Origin: Lama glama
Taxonomy: Eukaryota
Direction: 5' to 3'
Assembly: GCA_028534125.1 (NCBI GenBank)
Contig: CM052817.1
Location: 74,836,001-74,900,000 of the forward strand
DNA length: 64,000 nt
Below the pieces are notes generated by a model, which saw nothing but the letters and a program-made list of their open reading frames with translations, did no database searches and was not told where the DNA came from. Each line of letters starts with the position of its first letter. Within the stretch, counting starts at the first letter, position 1. A program made the translations under genes and the position numbers. Below, one piece after another: positions 12,640 to 26,562 of this stretch.

Positions 12640-15223
12640 TTTTTGAGATGCATAAAAGCTGGAAATATTGATAGCTTAACATCCCTGAGATGTTGACATT
12701 GGGTGGATCCAAGGCACAGATAAAGGAATATTTTTGAATTATTGCTAAATATTTCAAAATAAACACTTTAGAACCATACTCAATAGCATGTACCAGTGTT
12801 TAATCACCCTGAGGGTCACAGAATTGCACCCAGGTCTCCCTGGGGCTAAAGAAAGTCAAAGCCTTTATGTTCTGAGCCATACGCCTTCATGCCGCCAGGC
12901 ATCTGAGAGGAATGAAGGAGAATGCATGTTCATCTAGGGACAGTGTCATCAGTAGACTCATGGCTTGTCATTCCTATAATCAGCCATAAAATCTGGGTGT
13001 ACTGCTTGAAAATGTGTATTTATTTTCTTACCACCTGTGTTTTCATCTATCCTTGAAATTCATTTTTAACCAGTATCTTTGATATAAATAGTTTGTAGAG
13101 GAAGTTTCTCACACCTTGTAACATTCTAAGGAGAAACTTTACTCTATTTTACGTACAATCAACTTCTTTACTTCTTTTTAGTTTTACCAGAGTAAGTTTC
13201 CCAGTGTAAGCCAGTCAAATCGTGAGAAATTAATATTGACAATCGGGACTCTGATCTTCTAGATTTAAGGCCAATGAATTATGCTTTTAGAATTATTGTG
13301 CTAAATTTAATCTTTCTGGAAATCCTCTCCTACCCTGGTAATATCAAAATTTGACCCAGAATCACAAAGAATGCTCATGTGTCCAAGGGATTCTAGCAGA
13401 ACTACAATGTCAACTTCAAGTGCCTTAAGCCCAGGGCTACCCAGCAATCTGTCCGTTCCCCTTCACGGCCCCACTTTCAACCCATGGGAATTTTTTCCAG
13501 GATTCAGCAATGGAGAAGTGGGATATTTCATCCTTCCATTCTCATCTCACAACAACTGAGCAAATAGGGGTTTGGGGACTACTTTTATATTTCATGTGTA
13601 TTGCAAGGGATGCACGGGCCATGTTGAAGTTGTTTAAAGACAACTTTGCATTGAAGGCCAGATTCTTAGCATGTATATGTGCCCAACTTCCAGGGAATTT
13701 ACAGCCTCTGACAGCAGTAGGAGTTTTGCCAATTGAAGCAATAAAGAGAACAAACAAAGACTTCAGACTTCTATGATGGAATGGATTTTAAGAATTATCA
13801 CAATCGTTTTCACATTAAATAGCATTTTTATAGCATATAAAATATTATCACCCAATTTCTTTACTTTAACGTGTTTGTTTGTCTTGGGAAAGCCAAAACC
13901 TGCTAAAAGCTTTATCATTTCCACACTGATAGGTCAAACATCAAAATCTAAAGCATAAGTTATTGTCTTTATAAATACAAACAACAAGGAGGAATACTAG
14001 ATTTATGTTTACCAACCTGTAATTTTCTAGCAGAACTAAGAAGTTGTAATAGTCAATGACAAATGATGGAAGATATGTCTTTAAATTAAATTTTTAACAT
14101 AATTTTACAACAAAGGAATGTTTTATTTCGTTAGTTGTCATTCCAGTGTTAGAACTGCTGTGAGGGATTTGGTAGAAAATTAACACATATTTTAAACAAC
14201 AACAACAACAACAAAAAGTGATATATCTGAACATATGTGCTGATTTTTTTTCCCTCTCTGTACTGTTGTAATAAAATTTATATTCCTGGAGGAAGAAAAG
14301 ATTTCAACAACCAGAATCTAATAGTCTGGAAATTTTGCCCACAACCTTTAAAATGATCTACTTGCTTGTATTATACCTATCTTCATCCGGGCCAGGCTTA
14401 TTTACTGTGAATGCTTGTTTTGTGTTATGGTTTGTGCACTCACTGATGAAAATGCTTCTAGTCAAAGGAGTGAATTCAAAATATAGCAACTCAATAAAAA
14501 CTTTAATTAATCAGGACACGAGCAAAGTATATAAAACTGTCACATACTGAAGAAAGTATAAAATATTCTAATTGAAAGTGTCATCTCATTGGTGAAATAC
14601 TTTTACTCTCTTTTACTACATTCTTATACCCTTGTCCTTCAGCACATGAGAAAATACCAAGGGAAAAAAATGCCTGATGAACCTTATGTGTAGCAGAAAA
14701 TAAGTCTAAACCATATATATGTAATGATTATTAAAACAAACGAACAGGCCACACATCTAGAATATCTGAAGGTGATAATGGCAGCAGTTCTGAAAAAAAA
14801 ATCAATTCAAGGTCGATATGCAGTGTACAATAGTCTGAATCAAACCAAAGCCCTTTTTTTTAAACAAATTAATTCAGGAGTGAATTAGGCAAAGCCACAA
14901 AAAGTAGAAATTAAAAATTAGACACTACAACTGTGACACGTAACCTCAATGTTGTCAAAAATTTGATGTCTGTTAAACAATTGTAAAGTTGATAATTAAA
15001 AATTTATTTCATATGTCTAATTAAATAAGCAACTTTAGGGTCTCTTTGGGGATTGTGGTATAAAAATGATACACAGGAATAAAGAGCAATTCAAATAATG
15101 AACTTGCATGGGTGCTTAAATATTTCACAAAGTAAAACATAATCAGTCAAATAACACCATATATAATATGTTTCATGACAAAAGAAAAAGAAGAAAGAAA
15201 GAAAGAAGGTTGGTTATTCTCAC

Positions 15224-15320
15224 CTGTTTTTTGTGGCCCGATTACAAGGAATTTTGGTAAGTGGTCACAAGTTTTCTCTCTGGACCAGATGTCTTTGTGC
15301 CTTTTATCATCACAGGGATT
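15224..15320 (-). CDS. NDST4: NDST4 coding exon (97 nt, phase 0/1): [32 protein letters not shown](G)
   Basis: Acceptor cttccttcttgcag|AAT and donor CAG|gtgaga. Carries the first part of the 5'-PSB loop (GPQKT). Lies inside ORF 15147..15404. Confidence 0.97.
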
Positions 15321-16059
15321 CTGCAAGAAGGAAGAGTAATGATGCTTGCGGTGTAATGAATGCCTGGATTTGTTCCACAAAAATTGTTCAAAAGACAGGA
15401 TCAAATTCTTGACTGGTACCTTAGAACTGGGAGTAGGACCTTGGTCTGGTTATGGTTCTCTGATTTCCAAATCTTTCCATATAAAACGGCACCATCCTTT
15501 CTCTAAGGCTAGAACTCAGTTTCAAGTTTCTTCTGCCCTCATCCCCTTCTGAGACTTGGCTAGGCTCTAACTGCTGAGATTCCACCCTATCTCTGAATTT
15601 ATGTTTTATATTTGTAAACCTGAGCCTTAACTTGTCTCTACCTAGTTTGACCATAGTTTCTTGGATATCCGTGCTCTGTCCTAATCTTTCCTATTTTTTT
15701 CCCCTAGAGGCTGGAAGGCCATCCTTGAACTCCAGACTTGGCTCACGTTCCCTTTCCTTTTCACACTATGTGCTATTTTCTGCTGACCCAGCTTATCTCA
15801 TACACTGGCCATACCCCATAAATTGGTAGCATGTAGTTCATTATTTTTAGCCCCCACCTCCCTCCTGAACTTTAGACCTATATTTTAAATTGCATAGGTG
15901 TCATTGCTGTGTAGATGTGGTGAGGAAATGCCAGACCCAACACAGCCATCTGTCCAATTTTATCCCCATCTCAACCTTCTCCTGTGCCAATCTTCATTCC
16001 ATTCGAGTGACCCAAATTTACCACCCAATTCATGACACTTTTGAGAATTAAATGGCTTA

Positions 16060-17270
16060 TTTGGAGAACTGGTGCTGTCCATCTCCACAACTTTAAGGTC
16101 TTTGGGTCTAGGAGTTCTAGTTCCCAGAAGAAGGATGCCCCTAGCAGGAGGCACCGAAGAGGACCATCACACTAAAATTTGAAACTATTGCCCATTCACT
16201 TTGGACTCCTTGTGCCAGCAGACCAGCAGGCATGGAAATGAGTTACCATCGTGATAGGGGCAACTGACCCTCATCATCATGAGAAGCAGAACAGCCACTA
16301 TACAGGGACACATGTCTTTGGTATTCAAGTAATACACTGGGTTACTGGTTGACACTTTGGTGCCCAAGTTTAACTGTAGATCAGAAAGGACAGCAAGCAC
16401 AGCCTGACTAGGGCTGTTCTGGGCACCACAAAAGCCTGCCACAGTGTACTCCTTGCTTCACAAATGAAGTTCTCTCCACCCAGGCACGGCCTTTCCCTGT
16501 CATAATTCTTGGGGGAAACTTGTAAGAAAAGACTTAGTGGGACAAACATTGAGCTGTTGCTGCTGCAGCTGGTCCTGAGGCTGTGCCTGACCCACCAGGT
16601 GAGCCATCTTGCCCGGGAGAAGCGCTAACCACAGGTGGGGTGAAATCAGAATAGGGGATGGAGGTGGGAGGAAACATGCACTGGTTTCAGCTTTGGAACC
16701 AACTGCAGCAGTGGGGTTGCATTTCTTCTAATGACCCTCCTTACAGGTTTCCCCAGGAATTCCCTTTACAATTGTGGAAAAATTGCACCTGGGTAGGTGA
16801 GTGTGTTGAGAAGCAAGCACAACTATGTGAAGTGAGGTGTAGAACAGGGCGGGGGTGCTCTTTCCTCCATTGAAGGAAACACCTTATTTCTGGCCAGTGC
16901 AACACCCTATCCCCATTCTCAGCCCATTTTTGCCCCCAGCTAGGGAGACTGAGTATTGCCCTGGCCAATAGGAACCCCTTGACAGGAAATTATGCATCTC
17001 TCCCACTCTCCAGGGGGTTGGTCCAAGTCCGAAGACTGACTGACACAGGGGTGTAGAAGCCTGACCTGCTTACTTCAAGGTGAGACAGTTTGCGTGATTA
17101 GCTTTCTCCCTGCAGATCTGATCAAGGCCAAACTTTTCCTAAAACCACACCTGGGCTCAGCTCTTTCCTCGTCTCTTTCTTGTTTTACTTTTTCCCTTAT
17201 AGAGTTTCCCTAAAAGCATTTCCTCAGTAAATCACTGAACCAGATCCCTACCTCAGACTTGATTCCAATG
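16060..17270 (+). mobile_element. ERVL internal 3' remnant followed by an LTR16-like LTR (LTR about 16845-17270)
   Basis: ERVL-like internal phrases (gttctagttcccagaagaaggatg, ggactccttgtgccagcagaccagcaggca). The LTR16-like 3' end reads gcatttcctcagtaaatcactgaaccagatccctacctcagac. Confidence 0.6.
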
Positions 17271-17699
17271 CATTTTCCATCCCCACTTTTCGATGGAATA
17301 TGAGTAGAGTGTAATAACAAAAGACTAGTTACATAGAAAGACAACTACATATACATCTTGCATTTCTTTATGAATTCATCTTTGGAAACTGTGAAAAAAT
17401 GAGTTAATTACAAGCCAATAAACTCAAAATTTCTTATGTATTTCACATAACTGAAATTTTATTTTATTTTTACTGGTGACTCTATTTTCTGTAATCTTTT
17501 TATTCAGTATTCAATCTCAAATCCTCCATAGTCTAGCTTCAGCTTAACTCTCTAAACATAATTTTCACTACAGCAGAGAAGGCTAACCTTTCTAGTCTCC
17601 CTTTCTTCCTTCAGAACATCCCCTATTTTGTTTTGGGTTTGCAGCTAGAGACTCTATTTCACAGTCTCTCGAATTGAGCTCTCTTCAGATGACCAATTT

Positions 17700-18030
17700 C
17701 AGTTTAAAGAAAGTGAGCTGAAATGATGTAAGGTATCCTCTTAAGGATAAAGCCACTCTCCCTAGATTTCCCCCTTTCCACTTACTGCCAGCTGTAAAAT
17801 GGCTCCAATTGCAGCAAGTGCCTTGGACTCAGAGGTGGAAACCATACATATGTCAAACACCTGCCAACCCTGGACCTTGGACAGCCATGTGAAACAGAGC
17901 GGTCTAACTCTCTTAGACTGTCTGCCCATTTTTAGACAGTTGTCTGAGGAGAGACACATTTCTACTTTATTTAGCCACTGTATTTTTGGAATGTCATCGT
18001 TACAGCAACATTGCCTCTACTCTAATTCAG
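17700..18030 (+). mobile_element. Old MLT1-type LTR fragment
   Basis: MLT1-like 3' half: acatttctactttatttagccactgtatttttgg...gttacagca. Confidence 0.55.
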
Positions 18031-18481
18031 TGTGTTTCAAAGCACTTGTCTGTGCGAAGGTAAAAAGCTCATGTCAGAATGTGAATTACTGCAATGCATG
18101 CTTCAACAAGAACATCCTGCTTCAAGAAAAAAAAAAAAAAGAAAATTCTGGACAAAGCAACCAGCTGCTTAGTGATACAGCTGGTTTACCTTTTGGCACA
18201 AACTTCCTGTCTCATGGCAGATCAGCAACAAATAATTCAAGACTGTTCATGGGCCACACTTTGAGTAGCACTGCTCTGAACTAAAAACTGTCAACATCAG
18301 CTTAGTGCCTCGGTTATACTGCAGGTACTACTACAGATACACTCATACCAGCGCCCGAATCTTTGAATAATTTATTTTTCTGTGTAATGCTCTTATTTTT
18401 CCCCCACAATTCATAGTCAAAATCTTGCCAGTTCTTCTCACTGAAGTTAATATGTACCATAAATCTTCCTTATTTATTTTA

Positions 18482-18716
18482 TTTTTTCCCTCAAGTTTTA
18501 AAAAATTTCATTGACATATAGTCAGTTTACAATGTTGTGTCAATCTCTGGCATACAGCATAATGTTTCAGTCACACATATACAAACATATATTTGTTTTC
18601 ATATTCTTTTTCATTATAGCTTACTACAAGATATTGAATAGAGTTCCCTCTGCTATACAGTATAAACTTGTTGTGTATCTGTTTTTTTACATAGTAGCTA
18701 GTATCTGCAAATCTCG
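18482..18716 (-). mobile_element. 5'-truncated L1 3' end (cetartiodactyl/camelid type)
   Basis: T-rich tail followed by attgacatatagtcagtttacaatgttgtgtcaat...gatattgaatagagttccctctgctatacagta, a typical antisense L1 3'UTR. Confidence 0.8.
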
Positions 18717-18732
18717 ACCTATTTATCTTAGA

Positions 18733-18895
18733 GGGGCAGCATAGCCCAGTTGTTAAGAGTGTGAGCTCAGGAGGGAGACTGCTTCTGTCTCAAGCATTTT
18801 CCTAAACTCTCTGGACCTCAGATTCCTTCTCCAGAAAATAATAATGGATAGTACCTACCTCATATGGTTATTGAGAGTGTTAAACGAGCTAGTGC
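18733..18895 (+). mobile_element. MIR SINE
   Basis: ggggcagcatagcccagttgttaagagtg...ctctctggacctcag...gtacctacctcatatggttattgagag. Confidence 0.75.
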
Positions 18896-19539
18896 TTTTA
18901 TTTTTCCTTTTGTCCAGATTAGTTAGAGAATTGAAGTAACAGAAAGAGGTTACTCTTGCCGGTGGACTGGTTTATTGTGGATATCTACCCCCAGAACAGA
19001 CTTCTGGGTCCACTGTCAGAATGCAGTGGCACCTAAGGTGGCTGCCCCTTAATCACAGCTGAGTGATTAGACTTCTGGGATATATGAATTATCTGATGGG
19101 GAAATAGCTCGGAGTTTCATCAGTCAAACGTGAAGCTATAGGCTAATGTACCAGATGACCCAGAGACCCCTGTATAATCCTAATTTAATTACCTGAATGC
19201 TAAGATGTTACAACACTTGCTATTCTGAATATTTTTATTACTAACAATTCAATTTGCATTACTTTAGTCCTTCTGTAGGTGCCGTATAGTTGGTGGCATC
19301 TGTATACCTCAATTTAGGCAGGCTCTCTTTCTCTATAACTGCATTCCCTCCATGTTAAGCTATTTTAGGGCTATCCGGACACCCATATTTCTTCTTTTGT
19401 CTCTTTTCCAGGCATGTTTCCCCTTGTGTCTGTTAATCACAACTCTAATAACAGGATGTCTGCATTTCTTATTTTATATTCTGAAAATGTTTGTTTAGAC
19501 TTTTCCTACTCTGACTTTCCTTACATTGGCTGAATAACA

Positions 19540-19760
19540 GCTAACATAATATCTAACTTTTATTGATCACCTTCTATATTCCAGGCACTTGCTTGACATA
19601 GATTATTTCTAATCCTCAAAGCAACCTGGCAAGACAGATATTATTATCCCTTCTTCATAGCTGAGGAAGCTGGGATGCAAGGTGTTTTATTTAGGTCTTG
19701 CTGAAGGTGACACAGCACATTAGTTTCAGATTTGAAAGCTAAAGCTCAGGTTGTCTCTGC
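19540..19760 (-). mobile_element. MIR SINE
   Basis: Antisense MIR core: tctaatcctcaaagcaacc...gatattattatccc...gaggaagctggg. Confidence 0.7.
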
Positions 19761-19768
19761 AGTTAAAT

Positions 19769-19804
<36 letters not shown>
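19769..19804. repeat. (TG)6(AG)12 microsatellite
   Basis: Directly visible in the sequence. Confidence 0.95.
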
Positions 19805-22800
19805 GATTCTGCAATGATTATGAAGGGAAAAAAAGCATTTTCATGCACTTTCATACTTGGTTCTATTGCTAGCATTTTCATTTCAAAGGTCAGAAAATTA
19901 CAAAGCAATTATATCCCTATCTGATTGTTCCCCATGTATCTGAAACAGCTATACACAATAATTTACTTTTTTCAGTATCTCATACTATAGATATATTGAA
20001 ACTTTGAAAAAATTCAGTTAAAATTGCTTTATGCAGTTAATGGTTGCAGAGCCAGTATAGTAAAAATGCTCATGACTTAATTTTCACACAGGTATGGGAG
20101 GGGCAGGTGCTTCTGTACACGGAGTATAGGATGAGGTGAGGAAGATTTACTTTTAAGTAGACATAAGCAAAGTGGACAGAAGATTCTCTGAGATAACCAG
20201 ACTTAAAAAGGGCAGTAAATTCTAATGAAATCATGTTACTTTGAAGGGGATGAGCACCCCAATTTACTCTTTCTCATTAAGTAAAAATTTCCAATTTACA
20301 ATCAAGCTAAAAGCACATACTTTAAAAAATCACACTACTGACCTTATCTTGAAGTTCATATTTTTACAGAATACACGAAAATAACTTTTGTTCTCATTAG
20401 AGCTGGTTATTCCAACCTACCTGCCTTTTCTCTACTCACAATCTTCCCTGCTCACTGCGTCTCCACATCCTTCACTGACAAGGACACGGTGGAATTATCA
20501 ATGAGATTGATTATCCCCTCTCAAGTCGTGTGCCTTTTCCAGATAACTAGGCGACCTCTAGACCTTAATAGCCGAGACATTAAAAATGCCCAGTGGTCTT
20601 GGCAGAAGGATTATTTTGTTAATTACAAACATTTCCAGGTTATTGGTTTTCGCTCCATAACCCTCTGCTTGCCTTCTGCTGTTCTGACCTCACTGTTTCA
20701 AGAAGAATGCTAGGAAAGGTGCTTTTGTTTTTCTTTTGAAATCTGCTTCTTCCCCATCCGGTTGTGTGGTTTTAAATTTTCTTCTGCTTATTAAGCTTTG
20801 CCGTGTACGTGTCTTTAAACCAAATCCTTTTCCAAATCTGTATTATACAGGCTGGTGACTTTCAATTTTTTGTCTCTTGATGTCATTTAAGCCTAACACA
20901 ATCCAGGTACACTGATGAGGAATTTTAATAGGTTAGGGATGTTTATTCTCAACGCTTCAATCAGCAAATCCTTACGGAGAAACTCTGAGACACACATCAT
21001 CTTCACAGACTCTGCCTTGCTTGAACCAGAGAGTAAACCAGTGAGTCCATCAGCTCCTTGGAAAAGCCTTTCCTTTCTGAGTGCACAGATCCCTAATGAA
21101 TGCTCGCTCCACAATAGCACTTAATATTCTGATTCTTACCCAGACTTTCTACCAAAGAGCTCCGATTTACAGAGGAGCATCAACGCCAATCTCTGTGGGT
21201 GGGAGTGGGTAAAAAGGGGTGTAGCTGTGGTTCATGTGTGAATCTGGGGTGATTGCACGGTAAGTGCATTCCTCACCATGTTACACCATGTTTATTTCAA
21301 TAAATTCAGACTGTATTTTCCCATGAAATATTCTCAGAAGTAAAACTGACCTCAGGGGAAGGTGCCACATTTACTTTGTAGCTGAGTATCTCCAAACAGA
21401 AGCTGTGCACTCTTGCATACAATATCTTATATTATTATTTATAGTTTTATGGAATATCCTTACAGAGAATCTGGTTAACTAACTCAATGAAAGAAAGTAT
21501 TTTTAAACTCTTATTAATAGGTTGGTCTAATATAATGTATTCACTCACAGTATGACATTAAAGCTGTCAGACATTTTTGTAGGGCACACACAAAAAATAG
21601 TTATATTGAATTGGGGACTCAAGTATATTTATTTTATGATGATTTCGATTCAGAATGTATGAAAGTATACTAACACTTAATTTGATTTTAATTTTAATAT
21701 TTTATTTTATGAGCTATCCTCAAGTAGTTTTTCCATGACGAAACCCCAGTAAGTTACTTGTGTGGAGAATTTGACACCTGACAAGATCATACTTGCCACT
21801 GATTGATAGGAAAGGAAAATCCACGACTTATGTCACCATTTCTGGATGTCAGAATGTCTGACAGCCTTGTGTAATCAAAAACAGTAAAGTGCTTCATTGT
21901 AAATTAAATAAAATTGTGAAGAATTACCTATGTATTTGGGAAGCATTCCTGAGAGGTTTAAATACTATTCTGAGTTAGGAAGAGAAACGTAACATTGTTA
22001 ACACATAAATCCAAATGATGATTAGGAAAAATATGTCAGCTCATGAAGTCTGTGCCTTTGCTCTGCATCTGTGAAGTGATTAAAAAAACTGTTCTGGCTA
22101 TTTCCCTGGAAAGGCAAAAATATGAGTAAATGGCGGTGAAGAACATGAAATTATAGCACTCTTATTTCCCCAGCTGCAGGGGTAATTACTCACACATCAG
22201 TGTTCCTTTAATCTCAGCATCTCACCCACAAAAATTTCTAATACATTTTCTTCAAAGGTCTCACTTTTTCTCACAGCCATGAAGCTGTTCAGGGCTTTCC
22301 TCTCTCATAGCTAGACTATTATCCTAACTTCGGCTCCTCCCTGTTACATGTTGTGGAAAAAAGGCTCCTAGCATAATCTTTACCGGCAACACTTTAAAAA
22401 AAATGATTTCACGCTCATTTTCGCAGCGCACAGGTAGTTCCTCCTTGTTGTGTATCAAACCCAAATTTCTCTGATAGCTCTCAAAGCTTTCCTGTCTGAC
22501 TCTGACATGCTTCTCAGGGTTACGTCCCATTACATCCCTACCCTTCCCCAAGAAATTAGTGTGTCACTGTTATTATTTTTTGTGCACATGCACACCCCTT
22601 TGCTTTTACTTATCCATTCATGAGATTTTAACGACAGTAGCTTGCTACCAGGCTAGGTTCTAGGTTACAAACATGAATGAATAAACATAGTCACACCCCT
22701 TAAAGTTTGCATGAGCTGGTATATGACAAGCACAAGTGTCCGCAATACAGAGTCATAAATGAGGTACAGAGCAGTAGAAAGAGGGATACATATGAAGACA

Positions 22801-25242
22801 AATTGACAAATGCCATTTTGTACACGTAACCAGGAGCTATTATGGTTTGTAAATTCCAGAAAGGCAAAGACCTTTCTTTTTATTATGTAGGTACTTTCAA
22901 AGTACAGGTCAAATGTATCCACACTGAATACACTATCAGATTCTTCGGAAGAAACAAGGTATTCCCGATATTTCATTCTACAAAGACAGTTGATGACACA
23001 AGTAGGTTCCTTTTCCTAAATGTAAAACTACCGTCTTGGTGTGGCTGGAACTACACTGGAGTATGAATGAGGCAAACTTGAGCTTTGGTCCTGACTTGCC
23101 CCTAATAAGCCAAGTGACTTTTAGCAAGACAAGGGGAAACCTCCTTAGGGATCTAAAATCAGTAAGTTGGGTGAGATGCCCCTACCTTCTTCTCCTGCTC
23201 TTACAATCTATTATTCTTTGTGTCAGCATTCCTTCAACAGACACAGACTAACAGGATCTACAGTATGTGTGTCCCTAGACCTCGTGATCTGTTTATATTA
23301 CAGATACTCATGTCTTACCATTTCTAAGCTGGAGTCAAATGATTTCACAGCTAGAATCAGTGAAGGTGCTCACTCCCTAGGCTTAGCCACTGTGGCTTTG
23401 CTTTCGCTCATTTTTAATCCTGGAGATGCTGGCCTGGAAAGACAGAAACTGCCACTCTTTGAGCATTCCCTTGGTCACATGGGCAAGCAGGAATCCACAT
23501 CACACTTGGCATATTTATTGACAGTGAGACTCTGGAGTGACTGACGGAAGCCTGAGACTGAGCCGACCTGACAGCTTGAGAGCTTAAAAGCATCGATTAG
23601 TGAACGTGCCAGAATCTGACCTTCCAACTGCCTCCATGTTGTGGTTTTGGTTTCAATAATGAGAAGAAAAAAAAAAAAAGAGAGCGAGAGAGAGGAAACT
23701 TTATTCTTTCTTGTTTAATGGTGATTATTCTACCCAAACAAGAAGGGCCATGAATTAGTAGGAACTTGTGAGTATAATTTTAAGACTCTCACACACCAGG
23801 GACTGCACTGGGGCAGGTGCACTCTCACCGCACAGTCCCATGTGTGCCTTCAGCGCATATTCTCACATTAAACAGCTTTGGAAGACTCTCCTTCCAACGG
23901 AGGGAGCACACACATCCTGTACACACTGTACTTGCCATGCTGTCCACTGACAGATAGTCATACTGCACTCTTTCATTAGGTGACAAAGCAGTTTTCACAT
24001 TTATGGTAGTTGGTGCTAATGAAAATTTATATAAGGAACCAAAGGACACTAAACAGTTGTGAAGATTATCATTTTGCTTGTTTTCATTTCATTTGTGGTA
24101 ATAAAAAAGTGTGAATTGAAAACCTAAGGAAAAATAACAGTTGACTGACTTTAAAAATGAAATACACTCAGTAAGAAGTCATGCTTATAAATACCATAAA
24201 GTACCTGCAGCATTAAATTTAGAGACTGTATAGCAATGGCCGAGACACATAATATTACTGGATCCTCAGTCTGCGGGGTCGTGATGAATGGGCTATCACT
24301 TAGTGTTGGTTATGCTTATACTTTTTTTGTAAAATGAAATTCATACTGTACAAAAGTCACGATGCTAGCACTTACAGCTGTTTTGTTTGCTAGTATAAAT
24401 ACGAATATGAGAAGAGAAAACCACCAAGGAAGGGAACTCCGAAACTATTATGTCCTTTATCTTTACTTGACCGTTGCAGTTTTCTGACATTGTTTATGAC
24501 TGGCAAAGTTCATCAGATTTGCTTCAGATTTGCTCAAAAGCTCATGCACCTGGAGAACTCCCTCTTGAGTTTAACTGTCATTCTGCTTTCTATTCCTTGT
24601 TTTCCTTCTTAAATACATTTGAGAATATATGGCATTTTAGTTAAGGGGAGAGGTTCACAACTCTATTTTTCAGTCAGAAGAAACCATATAAATAATATCG
24701 TTCACATGATAAAATGGGAGTCTTTTAGTAAACATTTACTCTTGAGTGTTATTTGAAAATTCTTATACTAAGTGGGTTTGATAATACTTATGAAAATTTC
24801 TAGACATAAAAATGACAGCTGCAACAGTGAACTCTCTGAAACCTTTTCTGATTAATCATATTATTTATTAAGAACTCCCTAGGAATTTACTTCTATGATG
24901 CTATTCAAAATTAAAATGTCACACATGCAATATTTTGTGCATGTGTGTGTATCTGTATATGTTCTCATATCTTCCAAAGTGGCACAGTTCTCTAAGGAAC
25001 AATTCTATTTTCTGTTTCTAATTTTCATTTATACCCCCAATCAACTAGTGCAATATTTCATATTTAACAAACATGCAATCAATATTTAGAATCGTCATGT
25101 TGACCAAGTCATATTGGAGCTGGCTTGTCTTTGATTATATTCATTCCCTAATAAAATGACCAGTGTCACTGATGTCAAAACAGTATCAATACATAAAATT
25201 CTTTAATTTTAAACAACTGACGTAGCATTAAGATTAAGATTT

Positions 25243-25358
25243 GCGGGGAGAGTATAGCTCAGTGGTACAGCATGTGCTTAGCATGCACAGGGTTGCGGGT
25301 TCAATCCCCAGTACTGCCATTGAAATAAACAAATAAACTTAATTACTCCCCCCCAAAA
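25243..25358 (+). mobile_element. Camelid tRNA-derived SINE (vic-1 type) with a 13-bp target-site duplication
   Basis: tRNA-like head with A box (tagctcagtggt) and B box (ggttcaatccc), followed by the tail aaataaacttaattactcccccccaaaa. The identical TSD AAGATTAAGATTT lies at 25230-25242 and 25359-25371. Confidence 0.88.
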
Positions 25359-26562
25359 AAGATTAAGATTTTGACATCTACTTGATGTGACTATATACAC
25401 TACAAGAACTATGTCTTTATCTATTTATCTGTCTATTTAACTTATACACCAAACATATAGCGGGTCCAGCTGCTGAAGAAATCATCAAAATAAAGTATGA
25501 CCTACTGTAGAAGTTTTAAACACACCCTGAAATACGTAACAGTGAATAAGAATAACAAGAAATCTTTCCAATGACTTTGAGAGAAAAGATTGCATCTTAC
25601 TCTTCTCTGCATTCTCTACAGCAACTAGCTTTGTCTTAGATGTAGTAGATGCTCAATAAACATCTGGTGGATGAATTCCTGACCATACAGACGCAGAGAG
25701 GCATGGAACATGAATTATGGGATAGGGAGAAGCCCAGGAGAGGGAGAGAGGACGGTACAAAGTCTGTCTCACAGCGATCTCTCATTAACGACAATGCTAC
25801 TCCTCTACTGACTACTTGGCGGGGGCTATCTGATCTGCTCTCTGCAGCCGGCTTATTGACTGTGTGGGTCAATGTCATCTGATGCATAAAGAACCAAGAG
25901 AGTGGGAGGTAGCATTTTCCCAGATAACTGCTAAGAAGCAGATGGTTTGCACTTTCATGCCGTGAGGCTGAGGGGCTCCCAACTAAAGATGAACTATTTG
26001 TAAAAGCAATCTTAAAACTGACAATTCCTTCTTCATCAATAGATCTGATCTTGGTGAAAGATTAGATTAAAAAAAATAGCACAAAGACATAGTAAAGACA
26101 GATTCTGCTTTTCTAAAAACTGCTTTTCCTCTTTTTATTTACACCACCTGTGCTGTACACATACTTATAGGGTCTAGTTATAGGGTCTTAGATTATGGTG
26201 GCCCTTGGTTTCTACCTTCCTAGCCACTCAACGCCTAACCTTTTACTGCTAGTTAGTACTCATGATAAATGCAAGTCGAATGATTAGATCTGAGAAAACT
26301 TCAACAATAAAACAATATCCTTAATGTAAATCTTATAAACTGACCTAACCAATCAATAAAACCCCAGAAAAACAAACCAAAAATACTAACACTTTATCCA
26401 TAAGACAAATAAAAATTATTGAAGAGAATGAAACTACCGGATAAATAAGAAGTTTGTGTTAAATGCCAGTTCAGTATCTTCTGCAGAGTTCCTAAAACAA
26501 AGCAGCATTCCCATATCGATAGTTTCTCTTCTTTCACCCCAGGACAGAATGTTCGATGTTAC

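Noticed and set aside
17799..18284. 161-aa ORF
   Set aside because: It runs through an MLT1-like LTR and an A-run, with no protein-like signal or splice context.
25243..25320. Possible tRNA-Ala gene
   Set aside because: It has a SINE tail and TSDs, and the stems are mismatched. It is a SINE head, not a tRNA gene.
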